DNA from: Schmidtea polychroa
Taxonomy: Eukaryota
Direction of reading: 5' to 3'
Length of the DNA stretch: 64,000 nucleotides
Assembly (NCBI GenBank): GCA_044892525.1
Contig: CM097887.1
Span: 18,724,001-18,788,000 of the forward strand
Below the pieces are notes generated by a model. That model was not told the DNA's origin, did not search any database, and saw only the letters and a program-made list of their open reading frames with translations. Numbering within the stretch: the stretch's first letter is position 1; every line of letters starts with the position of its first letter. The translations under genes and the position numbers were made by a program. This document shows positions 26,517 to 39,316 of the stretch, in pieces.

Positions 26517-28172
26517 TTGCTTATAAATAAAATTTATAAATTACCATTTTATAGTTCTAAAATAGATTCTAAGAGGATTCAAGAGCTAGAAAAATGTGTA
26601 TATTTAAGTTTGGATGTTTATATTCTTGCAGATTGTTTTGAAAATTTTATAAAAAGATTTTTATTAAAACCTTACAATTATATAACTTTATCATCATTAG
26701 CTTGGGATATATTATTATATGGTTTAAATGGTTCGATTGAATTACTAACTGATGTAAACATGTTCAACATGATAAAAAATAATATTCGTGGAGGAATTAG
26801 TTCTGTAATGGGTGAAAGATACATCATTGCAATGAATTATAAATATATTTACAAAACACCAGAACCAGTTGTAGAAATTCAAAATGAACAAGAATTTGAG
26901 GTAATAAAAGAATGTTTAAATAATCCATGTGAAATTTTATACATTGATGCAACAGCTTAATATTCTGGAATCATGACTCAATATTTACCAATTGGTTCAA
27001 TTGATTCAAATAATTCAAATGGTCCCTTTAAATGACAAGAACCAACAAATGAAATGATTAATAGAATATTAAACACTCCTAAAGATTCAAACATTGGATA
27101 TTTTATAGAAGTTGATTTTGAATATCCAGATAATATAAAACACAAAACAAATACTTTCCATTTGCACCAATACAAAGAAAAATAAATCAAGATGAATTAT
27201 CCCCATGGCAAAAAAAGAGAAATGAACATACTTGTGTAAATTTGTTATGTGATCAAACCAACAAAGAAAACTATCTTGTACATTATAGACTCGCACAATT
27301 TTATATTCGACATGGAATGAAGCTTACCAAAGTTCATAATATAATAAGTTTTAAACAAGAACCCTTTATGAAAAATTACATTGAATATAACATGTGAATG
27401 AGAAATGAAAGTATGCGAGTTGGTGATGCATTTGGAGAAAACATGTATAAATTATTAAATAATTCAGTCTTTGGAAAAACAATGGAAAATATTGATAAAT
27501 ATACAAAGATAGAATTACTAACAAATGATAAAAAAGATTTACAGGAATTATTTCGAAACCAACATTTAAAAATGCACAAAGATTTTCAAGTAATTTAATT
27601 GCAGTGGAAATTGGAAATTATGAAAAAATATACAATAAACCAATGTATATTGGATTCACAATTCTTGATTTATCAAAACCTCAAATGTATGAAACCTATT
27701 ATGATGTATTACAACCACATTTTCAAGATAGAATATCAATGTATGAAATGGATACGGATTCAATGTTTTTAAAAATTTATTCTTCAAATATATACCAAGA
27801 AATATTAGAAAATGAAAACTTGAATAAATTAATAAATAATAATGGTGAATTATTTAGTTTTAAAAATGAGAAACCCACAATCCAATAAATGAAGCAATAT
27901 TTATTCGATCAAAACAATATTCTCTTTTATTGGAACAAGGTCAAGAAAATAGAAATAAAGGAATTCAAAAATGTGTAGCTAAAAAAATTACACACCAAAA
28001 GTTTATAGATTGTTTAAAACCAGAATCTGAGAAACAAGCAGAAATAATTCACCAAATTAAATCTATTAAACATGACATGTTTCTACAAGAATCTTTAAAG
28101 ATATCATTAAATAATTATGATGATATATTTTATCTGATGGGATTCATACACTTCCATTTAGGAATGATATGA
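26517..28172 (+). pseudogene. Protein-primed family-B DNA polymerase (pPolB), multiple stops and frameshifts
   Basis: IRGGISSV, ILYIDA, GYFIEVDFEYP, YKLLNNSVFGKTMEN, KPMYIGFTILDLSK, YEMDTDSMF, NKGIQK motifs in successive fragments. Confidence 0.9.
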
Positions 28173-28280
28173 TTCCATTAATAGAAAGATTGGATGAAAT
28201 AAATGAGAAATATGATTGTTGAAATGAGTAAAATGAAAAAAGACATCGTCAAACATTGAATAATTTGACTATTCAACATC

Positions 28281-28530
28281 TAACTTCATTAGATATTGAA
28301 TAATTTCATTAGATATTGAATAATTTCATTAGATATTGAATAATTTCATTAGATATTGAATAATTTCATTAGATATTGAATAATTTCATTAGATATTGAA
28401 TAATTTCATTAGATATTGAATAATTTCATTAGATATTGAATAATTTCATTAGATATTGAATAATTTCATTAGATATTGAATAATTTCATTAGATATTGAA
28501 TAATTTCATTAGATATTGAATAATTTCATT
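28281..28530. repeat. Minisatellite, 20-bp unit TAATTTCATTAGATATTGAA, ~12.5 essentially perfect copies
   Basis: Directly visible, between the convergent 3' ends of pPolB and the minus-strand ORF cluster. Confidence 0.95.
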
Positions 28531-28710
28531 ATTCGACATCTAATTTCATCAGATTTCACCATGATGAAATTTGATGAATAAAAATTATAAAAATTGAAAA
28601 TTTTATTTAATTAAAATGTCAACTATAAATTTAGAAACTTCAACGATTATCAAAATAATAATTACTTTTGATAAACTTATGAATAGAATAAATAAACTAG
28701 AATAGAATAA

Positions 28711-29592
28711 TTAAACTAATCGCGCTTGTAATCTATTCTTTATATTTTTATGTTTTACCTCGTTAGAATTAATTGTCATTTTAACATTATATTTCATATC
28801 CTTTAAATATTCATAATCAACCTCTTCAACTTTTTTCTTTAGATAATTATTCTCAACTTCTAAATTTCCAACCTTTTCATCTAAATCACCAATTTCCTCA
28901 GTCATTATTTCAAATAATTTAGGTGTTGCTGGAGTTAAAACTATGAGTTGTTCACCCTTTAAAGCTTGTGTTTTTAAAGATTGATTCTTGTAACTTTTTA
29001 AATATTCCAATGATTGTTGTCTAACTTTAGGATCATTCTTTGCCAAATCTAAAACACCTTCAATTTCCATTTTTTAAAAGGTTTTTTTTAACATTTTTCC
29101 AAAACATTATCCAAATATTTTTCATCAACTATTTCATCACCTTCTATACCAGAATCCATTACATCACTTACACATTTATGAGAATTCAATTTTTTCAGTG
29201 ATTTGTAATTTTGATTACAATAATTACAAATAAATGTTTTACCTGGTATAGTATTAATCGGTTCATTTGGTTCAATTGGTTCAACTGGTTTAATTTGTTT
29301 CTGAGCCGAAACTTGTTTCAACTCTGAAACTGGTTTCATTTTTTAGTGGAACTCTATGTCTATAAGGTGAAGTCATTTCTAAATAAAGTCTAATTCTTTC
29401 AATAGTAGAAACTGAAGTTCCAATTAATTTACAAATTTGTGGTTGTTTTAATTTAGGATTTTCACTTTTAATTTTTGTGAATTGTACAACTTTATCTTTT
29501 AATAAAAATACATTTAATTGATCAGTATCAACCAAACTTATTTTATCCATTTTATTTAAAAAATCATCAACCGTAGTTTTATTTTCTCCCAT
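28711..29592 (-). CDS. Three small Polinton-associated hypothetical ORFs: 29290-29592 (HTH-like), 29088-29339 (C2H2-like FICNYCNQNYKSLKKLNSHKC), 28711-29070 (coiled-coil)
   Basis: Head-to-tail co-oriented ORFs in the track; motif calls by eye. Confidence 0.45.
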
Positions 29593-31016
29593 TTTAATTT
29601 CAAAAATTTTGTTTTTTAAAATTTTGGAAAAATTAAGAAACTGGATTTAACCATTTCTCTCGTACATCTTTTTTCGAATATCCTCGGGATATTACATTTG
29701 CATTTTTTAACTTTATAACTTGATCTTTTATGTCTTGAATTATTTGATTGGATTTTAAAATTTCATCATTCGTCAAGACTCCATATTCCAAAGCTTTTAA
29801 TTGAAATAAATATAATTTTGAAATTCCAATTTCTATTGTTGAACAAACTTCACGATATAAACTCTTCTTTTTTGAAGTTTATGATATAGAAACAACTTCA
29901 GTCAAGAATAAATCTCCAGCTGAAGAATTATTGGTACAATTGCTAAAACAGGTAAAGTTGCAGGTAATATAATTGTTAATATTGTTGTTGCAAAACCCAA
30001 AGAACAACCAACAAACTTTAAACAAGTATCAGCTTTATTCCATCTATTTTTAATTTTTTTTTATAATGTTTTAACAAATCTTCTAAATGAAGTTTTTCAG
30101 ATTTGATTTCTTTTACTCTTAGAACTTATAATTCAGACGGTGCTGTAGGTGATTGTGTATGATATCTGTGAGCGCATTCTGATGTAAGCACATCCTTGAT
30201 CTGAGCGCATGTCAATTGTGGGTAAATTTTATCTTCTTTGACCTCCATTTTATATATTTTAATTTCCATTTTAAAGAATCAAGGATGTGCTCACCACAAG
30301 ACTTTATTATTTGACACCAACACTCGTATTTCATATGGTCTTGATGTGAGCACATCTTTATACAACTCGGACAATGCTTTACGAACCTCGTTACTATCAA
30401 TCTTTTTATCATCAAATATTAAATCTATATAATGTACTAGTGAACTAACAAAATTAATATTCTTACTTTTGATACACTATTATCATGCCAATACCCATGT
30501 GACAAATCATAACTAGTCATTATAACATCATCCTTTTTAAGGCTACTATTATAATCACATTTCACGAACCATTTCATTGTTTTATTACCATTGGGGTTAT
30601 TCTCATCAGTATCATAATCAGTAAATAAAAAGAAATATGGATGTATGGTTGTATGGTTTTATATTTATCTCTAAATCTTCAGGTTCCAAATCCCAAGATT
30701 CTAAATGTGTAGATTCTATAGATTCTAATTCTTTGGGTTTTAATTCTAATTCTTCTCTCTCTCTCTCTAAACTTGTTTAGAGAGAGAGCTTTCAAAGCTT
30801 TAAGAGTTGGTTATTGTTGTTCTGTCATTTTTTCATTTAATATTATAGATTCACTATGTTGAGCTAAATCTTTTTTGTTATATTTGTCTTGTTCAACATG
30901 TAATTTTTTTAACAAAGCCAATCTTTCTTCGTTGACCATTTTATATACAATTTATATACCATTTTATGGTACCATTTATATACCATTTTATGGTACTATT
31001 AAATACATACCTAGTA

Positions 31017-31370
31017 TTAAGGATCATCTTTCCAAGGTTTCAAATATAAACCTTTACCATCTTTTGATTTACAAATACAATCATTTTTCAAAGACTTACA
31101 TATTTTTTTAAATTTATCTTTTTCCTTTGTAGATAATTCAGATGTTGAAATTTGATTTTTGAGAAAATCATTTAAACCTCTACCTTTGTAAGGATCGAGG
31201 TATAAACCTGTTCCTTTCTTTTTTTGAATTGAATCAGTTTGTTCAATTGAACCAATTGAATCAATTTCATTTTGTAATTTTTGTTTTTCTAATTCAGTTT
31301 TTTGAGCTTCTTTAGACTTTAGAACTGCACCAGACAAACCTGCAATGATTACAGGTATTAAAGCAGCCAA
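31017..31370 (-). CDS. Small basic Polinton/adintovirus-type hypothetical protein with repeated GxGLYLxP motif
   Basis: GTGLYLDPYKGRGL and GKGLYLKPW; position next to the integrase. Confidence 0.5.
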   Translation of the reverse strand: MAALIPVIIAGLSGAVLKSKEAQKTELEKQKLQNEIDSIGSIEQTDSIQKKKGTGLYLDPYKGRGLNDFLKNQISTSELSTKEKDKFKKICKSLKNDCICKSKDGKGLYLKPWKDDP

Positions 31371-31691
31371 GGGTCAAATCCCACCTTCATAAATTCTCAC
31401 TTTTTCCTTGACTTTTTACAACAAAATATTTCTTGCCATCAATTACTACTGATTTATTTTTGTTTGAATTGATTACTTCTTTTAGAGATTCTTCTTATTA
31501 TGCCTTGGATAAAAATTCAATTAGAAACAACTCCAATTGTTTATGATTTATAATGATATATTTCAAATGTTGAACCTGACAAGTACATGTTTGATGTATT
31601 TGTTACTAATCATTGGAAAAAAAAATACAATTATATTTATTTGGATAGAGAAAAAGATGGGATGCAGAAAAGTTTGTTTTGAAACCTTGTT

Positions 31692-32320
31692 TTAAAAACT
31701 TGATTTCTCTAATTCATTCTTGTAAAATCTACCCAATATTTCTTCGTTATTTTCATCGATGATACCATATGTCATTGGAATTGTATGATGTATTTTATTT
31801 ATAATAAAAATTTCATTTCTCCATTTCGCTGTGAATCCTTTTTCAAATTTATTTTTATATTTAAATATTCTTACTCGTTCACCAATTTTAAACTTTGGTT
31901 TTTCTAATTCCGGGTTTGTGGAGGCTTTTAAAGGTGTTTCTTTAATAGAGCTATGTACATCATTATTATGCTCATTTACCATCTTTTGTAACAATTAATT
32001 GTTCCATTTTTGTTTTCCAATAGCAATAAAATATTTCCACATTTTATTTTTTAACGTTCTATTTAATCTTTCAACTACGACTGCTTTTCTTTCATTTTCT
32101 GTTGAATATAATTTAATATCATTTTCTTGTAAAAATTTCTAAAAACTTTGTTATAAAACTCTGTTCCTTTATCACACCATAAATATTTTGGAATTCTTTG
32201 ATGTTCTTCAAATATATTTTCAAATGCTTCTGTAATAGATTATCCTGTTTTATTTTCTAAACATCTTGCAAAAGCAAATCTTGTATATAAATCTATTACA
32301 GTTAAAATTATTTTATATTT
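31692..32320 (-). pseudogene. Retroviral-like (rve) integrase of Polinton type, 5'-truncated
   Basis: ILTVIDLYTRFAFA, LWCDKGTEFYN, AVVVERLNRTLK, VHSSIKETP, KFKIGERVRI..FEKGFTAKW motifs. Confidence 0.85.
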
Positions 32321-32358
32321 TTCGGGGTCCGATGATTTGGTTGGCATAAAGACTAAAT

Positions 32359-32725
32359 CTCCGGAAAGACAGGGAACAAGCCCAACGACAAGTCGAGAGT
32401 CTTCAAGCCAGTATAACTAAGTTCAAAGAGCGGTACAGAGAGATGGAACGGACTTGGTTTCGTCCCAAAGTGATGCACAAGCAAATCGACCAATTGCAAC
32501 TCCAAAGCGCTCAGGACAAAACCGAAATCCGCGCGCTAAAAATACAAATTCGAGCAATGAAACTAGCCTGAACCAGAAAACGATAGATGAACATGCCACG
32601 GCAGCCATCCGACTAATGTCTACGGAGATGGCCGAAATCCACACGGCTAAAACCATCAAGACCACAACGTAAAAGGCTAGGGCGAGACGAAAGAGAGCGA
32701 TTAAAAAGACTGCAGTTGGCTGAAC
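32359..32725 (+). pseudogene. ORF-B (coiled-coil) family member, frameshifted
   Basis: LRKDREQAQRQVESLQASITKFKERYREMERTWFRPKVMHKQIDQLQLQSAQDKTEIRALK. Confidence 0.75.
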
Positions 32726-32903
32726 AAGGATCCAATCCAAGGTCCAATCAGGATCATCGCAACTCAAACTACTCTGTAAACAACAAATGAACGATGTAAT
32801 TAACTTGTAAATATAATTGTAATACTTTGACAGTAGTGTGATGCATGTTAGTTTGATGAGATCGAGTGGAAGAGCTATGAAAATTGGGAAAACAATAGAG
32901 TTT

Positions 32904-33090
32904 AGGGATCAGAGTAAATCGGACGTACATCTTCTATCGATAGTCCGTGGACCCAAAGAGTACCCGACAATTATAGCGCACTCACTTTTTGCGAGTACTC
33001 ACCCAGTTGATACATTACCAACGATGATTACTCATCGGGTATCAATTGGTAGGATCAACCATGTATTCTGGGTTACGCTTGAAACACAGA
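32904..33090 (+). ncRNA. RNA-1 structured motif, subfamily 1, 3'-truncated copy fused to RT remnant
   Basis: ATC-TTCTATC-GAT; GAGTACCCG/CGAGTACTC; TTGATAC/GTATCAA; CGATGA-TTAC-TCATCG; TGGGTTAC (partner lost). Confidence 0.65.
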
Positions 33091-33099
33091 TTTTTAAAT

Positions 33100-35750
33100 G
33101 GTCTCAAAAGATTTTGCTTCAAATATAACATTCGATAGCACTGTGCAGAATATATAATGAAAATATACCAATTATAGATATCGATAATATATATATTTAG
33201 GTGTAGGCTTTGGAGAAAAGGGAAAATACAGTATAGAAAACATATTAGATAAAGCATTTGACGAAACAGAAAAGATTTTCGCACCAGACCTACATACAGC
33301 ACAAAAACTTAATGCATATAAGACATTCATACACTCCATATTCATATTCCATTTTCGTACTTGTACCATTATTCATATGATTTTAAACTGTAATAGGAAT
33401 AGAAATAGACGGATTACAAACTGCACATCGCAGCATCAAGGTTATATCAGAGTGGTTGGTATACCTATCATGTATCAAATTGGATTCTAAGGACGGCGGA
33501 TTTCACAAATCGCATATCGATATCTTACGAAGAAGATAAAGTTAAATTTAGTCAGCTAATTAGCGTAGAGGAAAAGGTAAAAGTCAATATTCTGGATGGA
33601 CTAATCACGAGAGAAACAATATGGTTAGATCCGAACTCTCCTTCCAAAGAAATTTATCTAAATCAGTCCGTAGAATATTCGGTTCTATACTATAGTCCGA
33701 GGAAACGGCAGGAGATATTACCTCATAAACATCCAGTTACAACGAAAATACCACAAAAAGTAGTTAGGGTGAGCATGGTGATACATCCCGCGATGTGGCA
33801 ACATCTCAGACAATTGCCACCTGTCAAACAAATATCTTGCCAAACGACTCCAAACATGACAAACTGTTGTGATTGTAATGCCATCACAAACTTCAACGCG
33901 GGATACATTCTGAAAATACCCAAAGGGGTATGAATAACGGTATCGGCCGTACTTTCACTAATAACCACACTGACAGCTATGGTTACGACGGAGTGCTGAT
34001 GTCGCAATTATGAAAAAATCAGACTCCCNNNNNNNNNNNNNNNNNNNNNNNNNNNNNNNNNNNNNNNNNNNNNNNNNNNNNNNNNNNNNNNNNNNNNNNN
34101 NNNNNNNNNNNNNNNNNNNNNNNNNNNNNNNNNNNNNNNNNNNNNNNNNNNNNNNNNNNNNNNNNNNNNNNNNNNNNNNNNNNNAGCTCCAGGTAGCATT
34201 AAAATTCAGCATATGTAGATCTTTTATATATATATATATATATATATTAAAATCTATATGTATATAGAGCTCCAGGTAGCATTAAAATTCAGCATATGTA
34301 GATCTTTTATAAAAATCTCATGCATATCCTTTTAGCCTATTATGGCATATCAGTATATCTGATATTTTGATTAATAATTTTTATTTCTAGAATGTTGAGC
34401 CATCAGATATCGCAATATCAAGGAAGACATAGCACTATAGCTACTACCTTACTGATGGAGAAACTCATATATAAAAACCTGGAGAAGCAGGTAACTGAAC
34501 AAAGTAGAAAAGGGCAACGGCAGTGGTTCTACGGTCATTGCTCAGGCATACCCAACAATTTCAAATTCGACGAGGCATCAAAACGTCAAATGATAATTTC
34601 AAGAATCCCGGGCAAGCATAACGCCAGTATTAGGCTTACCGATGTCATGCCTGAGTTTGGCAGACATAGTCTGACCAACCACCTGTGGATACACACCATT
34701 AACAAACCATTTACGGTTTATGTTCCTGGTGCCACAAATCCTATTTTGCATACAACCCACGAAATCGAAAACGGGGATGAGAGGGAAAAGAATATCTCAC
34801 TATTATGTGAGGGAACGGACACCATTGTCGCAATGGAAATCTTGGAACCCCACAGGGAGACACAAACGAGATGGGTCAACGAACCAAACTGGACATACAA
34901 TGTCAATGACAATGATATCAAAACGTTTAAATCTTTCGTAAGACAACGTTTGGACCCCAGAAAAGAGGATAACCTCACCATTTTCGTAGTAGCCCATTAC
35001 GCCACGCTACGACAATTCCTCAAACCAGCTATTGTGGCAATTTTAATTTCGCATTTTAACGGCGATTTAATCCTCAACACTAGAGTTACCCCAGATCACA
35101 GGTCAAACATTACCAATCGCAAGCGCATGGTATGACCGAAAGGGAAATAACCGGACAGTTTGATGGAGAAGACTGTGCCTAAAGAATTAGGAAAATCTGA
35201 GATGGGAAAATCATCGTGGGATTATTGGTAAAGGATCTATTGGAAGTAATTAGATTTCCAATGCAACGCGCCCTCGAAATCCGTGAGTTAGGCTAAATGC
35301 CTCGAAAATAGGGTCTTAAAGAAATGCAACGGGTATTACCGTTTGGCATATTTGGCAAAAACAGTCACCGGCAAAGAGGCGCATCATTTCTCGGACCTTC
35401 AAACGGAGAATGATGTTGTGACTATAAAAGAAATATATGACAATCTGCGGGACATCTGGATTGATGATATTTCACCCGATACCCAAAAAGAGGTGGTGAC
35501 ATCACAAATAAAACAAACAGAACCAGGAATCTCAAGCAAGCAGAACCCCTTAGCTATGGGGAGCTATGTAAAAAAAGACATGCCCAGGTCCAAGTTAATG
35601 AAAATAGTGGAAGAAGATTCCTTGTCACCACCAGCCATCTCAATTGCTGATGAAAACGATTATGCCACTTGCGAGAGCGCCGACGATAACTATCTCCAAG
35701 TCACGTTTACCAATGATGGTAGAGTTGTGAATTCTGCTAAAATGTAGACG
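33100..35750 (+). mobile_element. Degenerate non-LTR retrotransposon pol of R2 superfamily (NeSL/R5-like): RT domains 6-7, thumb and probable REL endonuclease
   Basis: YLGVGFGEKG..EKIFAPDLHTAQKLNAYKTFIHSIFIFHFR (YLG plus LxxxQKL..KTFI), LDSKDGGF (thumb); downstream AHYATLRQFL..NTRVTPD and IIVGLL resemble REL motifs. Many stops, one N-gap. Confidence 0.62.
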
Positions 35751-36779
35751 GAAAAATCACCGCCAGCAGAAAAACTGGTTGAACGGGTCACCAACATCTT
35801 GAAAGCTTTGGCACCGTTAAGCGAACCCAAGGGAGGAGCAGAAGGAGGAGCATTACACTACTTATAGCTTGACTTACAAGACTTGAAATTCAAAAAGAAG
35901 ACAACGGTCGAACCCATCCAGAAAGAGGCAAGGGAGAAAAATGTTCCTACCTCTACAAAGAGAAAAAAGGAGATCCCAAAGAGTACAAAAAAGAAAATAT
36001 ATATATTACTTTTCTTACAAAGGGCACAGTCATCAGCCAACACTTTTTGTAGCTGTTCTGACTGTTTTTAAATAAAACTATTAACCATTTATAGAATAGC
36101 GGTTAAATTTCGGGAATCCCTCCCCTTTATCCTTTCACCTATATCGGGCTGTCGGCGCATTTAGGGTCAGCCTTGATTCTTTGAAATAATCTTTAGGGCG
36201 GTTTGTATTAGAATAATTTAAAAATTAATTATTCAAGAAGAAATTAAAATTCTAATTTTTATCATACTTCAAAAAACATTAACAAATGAAATATTAACTA
36301 TTTAATAAATGAAATTTTTTTGATTTTGAGAACTGCTATATATACTACTCCTATGGAAAACATATAATTTGCTGTTCAATCTATTATTTTTTGATATTTT
36401 TGAATTACCATTTTTATACAGCTTATTTCTTAAAATATGTTGATTTTCGACCCGCAATTCAATTAATTACTTATTGATTTTTATTTAATCATTTAATCCC
36501 ATTCAATTTTTGATTGATTTATATGATTTTAAAAATTTTTAAAAATTTAATTTTATATGAAAATTAATATATTTACAAATATTTAAGATTGGAATTTACA
36601 TTAATTTTGTTATATATAATTACTAATTATTAATTAGTTCTTTCAAAATTTAGATAGTAAACTTTAACTTAATATAATTAATTGTTAATATATTAAATTT
36701 TTGAAAATTTTTGAAAATTTTTTTTTGCTTTTTATTCATTTCTTTTAATAATATTATTAAAGTAAAAATTATTCATTAA

Positions 36780-37011
36780 CCCTTTCGCGCCGACTTTCCG
36801 CTAATGACACTATGCTAAATTTATATATTGGAACTTGTTAATATTGACCTAAATATGAAATATTCTCATTTTTGTAATCGTGGCGCTTCTGAATATCCTA
36901 GAAAGTCCTGGGATAATAAGTCCCAATAATCTTTTATGGACCATTCAAAATATCCCAGTAGGATCATGATGAAAGTTTCTGGGACGTAGTGTCCCAATAG
37001 GGGCGAAAGGG
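36780..37011. mobile_element. piggyBac-type MITE, 232 bp
   Basis: TTAA on both sides (36776-36779, 37012-37015); TIR CCCTTTCGCGCC / GGGGCGAAAGGG; internal repeated TGGGA..GTCCCAATA. Confidence 0.88.
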
Positions 37012-37229
37012 TTAATACCATATCATAATTATTATCCAAAAAAATTAATAATCTTTATTAATGTAATTAGGAAAATAATCTCTCATTTTCACTATCGAAT
37101 TGATTATATTGACTTTAAAAATTTAATATCATTAATAAATGAGAAACTGATGTGTCATATCACTCAATTATATTATGATGATTATGATAATAAAAAAAAT
37201 AATAATAATAACCATAATAATAATAATAA

Positions 37230-37803
37230 CAATAATAATTCCCCCGAATCTTGCTTCGTGTGCGTGCGCCTGTCAAAGTTGCTAGACTGTCTGTTGAACA
37301 TGGTGACCATTGACAATTAGAGAATATAACACATGTATTAACTTTAAAACAATCTGTGGAAAGCCCAATGAGGAATGCGAACAAATCAAGTTGCAATGTT
37401 CACTATGTCCACAAACGACTGAAAGTTTTTCATTTTTACTGAGGTGCAAATGGCTCAGATAATAAAACTAATCCTAAAACAAGAAATAAAAGTTGTCAGA
37501 ACCCAGAAAGCAACATTAGCTAAACAATGTCAAACCCAGAAACCAAAGAGGGAATCCCAACCAGATCCAGCCGCAACCCAAATGAGGACGATGATAAATA
37601 TATTAGAAGAAATAAAACAACAAGTAATAACAACCGCCAATGGACGTTCAAGTAATTGCGAAATGGTAGTAAAATCTTTAGAAGAAATGAAAGGAAAAAT
37701 AAATTCTATCATCAAAGAGAAACCAAGCATTAAAAATGAAGTGACGAAAACCTTGAAAGAAATAACAAGAGAAATTCAAACTACCATAAAAAAAATCCGA
37801 TGA
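37230..37803 (+). pseudogene. Cys-containing (CFVC, LQCSLCPQ) plus coiled-coil ORF remnant, possibly the N-terminus of a retroelement ORF
   Basis: ORF 37444-37803 with heptad-like Lys/Glu/Ile content; upstream CxxC fragments in broken frames. Confidence 0.3.
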
Positions 37804-38544
37804 ACCCCGAAAAGATGATTAAAACCCTGGAGAAATTAAAAAGAAAGCTGCCATGTCAGAGGAAAACAAACCCAATGAACCTGAAGAATCGGAACTTGCG
37901 GAGAGAAATGACGAACAAACCCAAATTAATAGAAGGAGGTCGAGTGGAACCGAGAGTCTGAACCCCTCACAATATTGATCCTACTAGCGGCAAGCCTAAT
38001 GATAAATATCACCATACTGAGCCTGATTGCACTCAAACCTAACCCCAGTAAAGAAAGCAGCAAAACCCTTAAACTAAAAGAGCAATCAAGAAGTATTCGC
38101 ATTCCAATGGAGGAACCCTAGTCCGAACAACGAACCACCCAAGTTACTTCAAATCTTCTCCAAACTTCGAAACCAGAGCCTTCATCGAGACGAGATCCAG
38201 AACAACAGAATTCTGCTAACGTGACATTATCCTGGCAAAATAAATATTTCGTGACATTATAAAAACGATAAACTATTCTGATTGAACAATTGTGATTTCG
38301 AAAAACCGAGACAATAATTCATAACAGTGATTCTCGAACTAATTCAAACTGAGCATGATAATTTAAATTTTTGTAGACCGACATCGGTCGTTCTTTTTTC
38401 TTCATCTTTCAAATAATCTGTAATATGTAGCGTATTAGTGGCGGCGGCTTAGTAATCGTGCCCTGCAGCAAGGGGGTAGCAATAGGGCGTGGTCATCTGA
38501 AAGAATACGAAAGGGCATATCATTAATTAATTTTTTTTATTCAG

Positions 38545-38987
38545 TGATAAAGCTCTTAGAAGACATGCGAGTGGACCGGGAATGAGCGCAGCGACAGATG
38601 GAAGAGTATCGCGCTAAACTGTCACGAATCAAGGCCCATTGCCGAAACTTCGAAAACACTTGGTTCCCGCCAGTGGAGATGCAGAAGCGCCTAAAACTGA
38701 TTACGCAGTTACAGTTGCAGAGCGCTCAGGAGCAGGTTGAGCTGCGAGCTCTCCGTCTGAGGGTGAGAGAACTGGAGACCCAGATTCGTCAACAAGCCAT
38801 CGATCAAGACGTAATCTCCAGACTCCACCTAAGGCAGAAATACTTCGCCTCTTCGGTTCCTCCTAGGAAGAAAATCCGACCGGGTAAAGCAGCTCGGGCT
38901 AGAATAAGACAGGCCAGCCTGGTCCAAACACCACTTCAACCGACCTTGCCAGTGAGGACCCCGAAGGAGCCTACTAGAGCCTCATGA
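38545..38987 (+). pseudogene. ORF-B (coiled-coil) family member; ORF 38598-38987 intact, stop just upstream
   Basis: KLLEDMRVDRE*AQRQMEEYRAKLSRIKAHCRNFENTWFPPVEMQKRLKLITQLQLQSAQEQVELRALRLRVRELE; AATAAA at 39034. Confidence 0.75.
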
Positions 38988-39101
38988 ACTCCTGTTACGA
39001 TTTGTGTAATTCAATACTATTTGTGTAATCCGAAATAAAAATTGTTGTTGTTATGTTAGTACTCGTGTATTCTGGTTATTCGATAACGTCAATTTTACAA
39101 C

Positions 39102-39316
39102 GGGGACCGAGAGAAATCGGACATAAGCCTTCTATCGGCAGTCAATGAACCCCATAGGGTGCTAGACATGCTCACTTTTTGCTAGTACCCTAACCCTTAG
39201 CACAGTACCAACGTTGATTGCTCAACGGGTGCCAAGCGGTCAGCGGTTCCATTGTATTGTGGGTTATGCTGGCAACAGCACTAGTAGGTAGAAACTTGGA
39301 TGACCTGTAACCCACC
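39102..39316 (+). ncRNA. RNA-1 structured motif, subfamily 1, full copy
   Basis: GCC-TTCTATC-GGC; GGGTGCTAG/CTAGTACCC; CGTTGA-TTGC-TCAACG; TGGGTTAT..GCTG-GCAA-CAGC..AGGT/ACCT..GTAACCCA. Confidence 0.68.

Larger units (their letters stand above)
26345..32330. mobile_element. Decayed Polinton/Maverick (adintovirus-like) element fragment
   Basis: Protein-primed PolB remnants on +, convergent cluster of small ORFs and rve integrase on -; C-rich repeated motif AAAATTTTATAAATCACCCCCT at the left end; no capsid, ATPase or protease genes recognised. Confidence 0.75.

Noticed and set aside
28281-28530. CRISPR-like array
   Set aside because: Units are contiguous with no unique spacers, the context is eukaryotic and there are no cas genes.
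34185-34310. 43-bp direct repeat around a (TA)n tract
   Set aside because: Directly abuts an N-gap; probably a contig-end artefact.
39188-39200. CCCTAACCCTTAG inside RNA-1 looks like a telomerase RNA template
   Set aside because: The equivalent linker is CCCAAACCC, CTCACCCAG or shorter in the other copies, so it is not conserved. Multi-copy TE context also argues against telomerase RNA.
39102-39200. Canonical HDV-like ribozyme fold for RNA-1
   Set aside because: P3/L3 and a possible P1.1 fit, but I could not find a P1 and an adjacent P2 consistent across all copies. Kept only as a partial resemblance.
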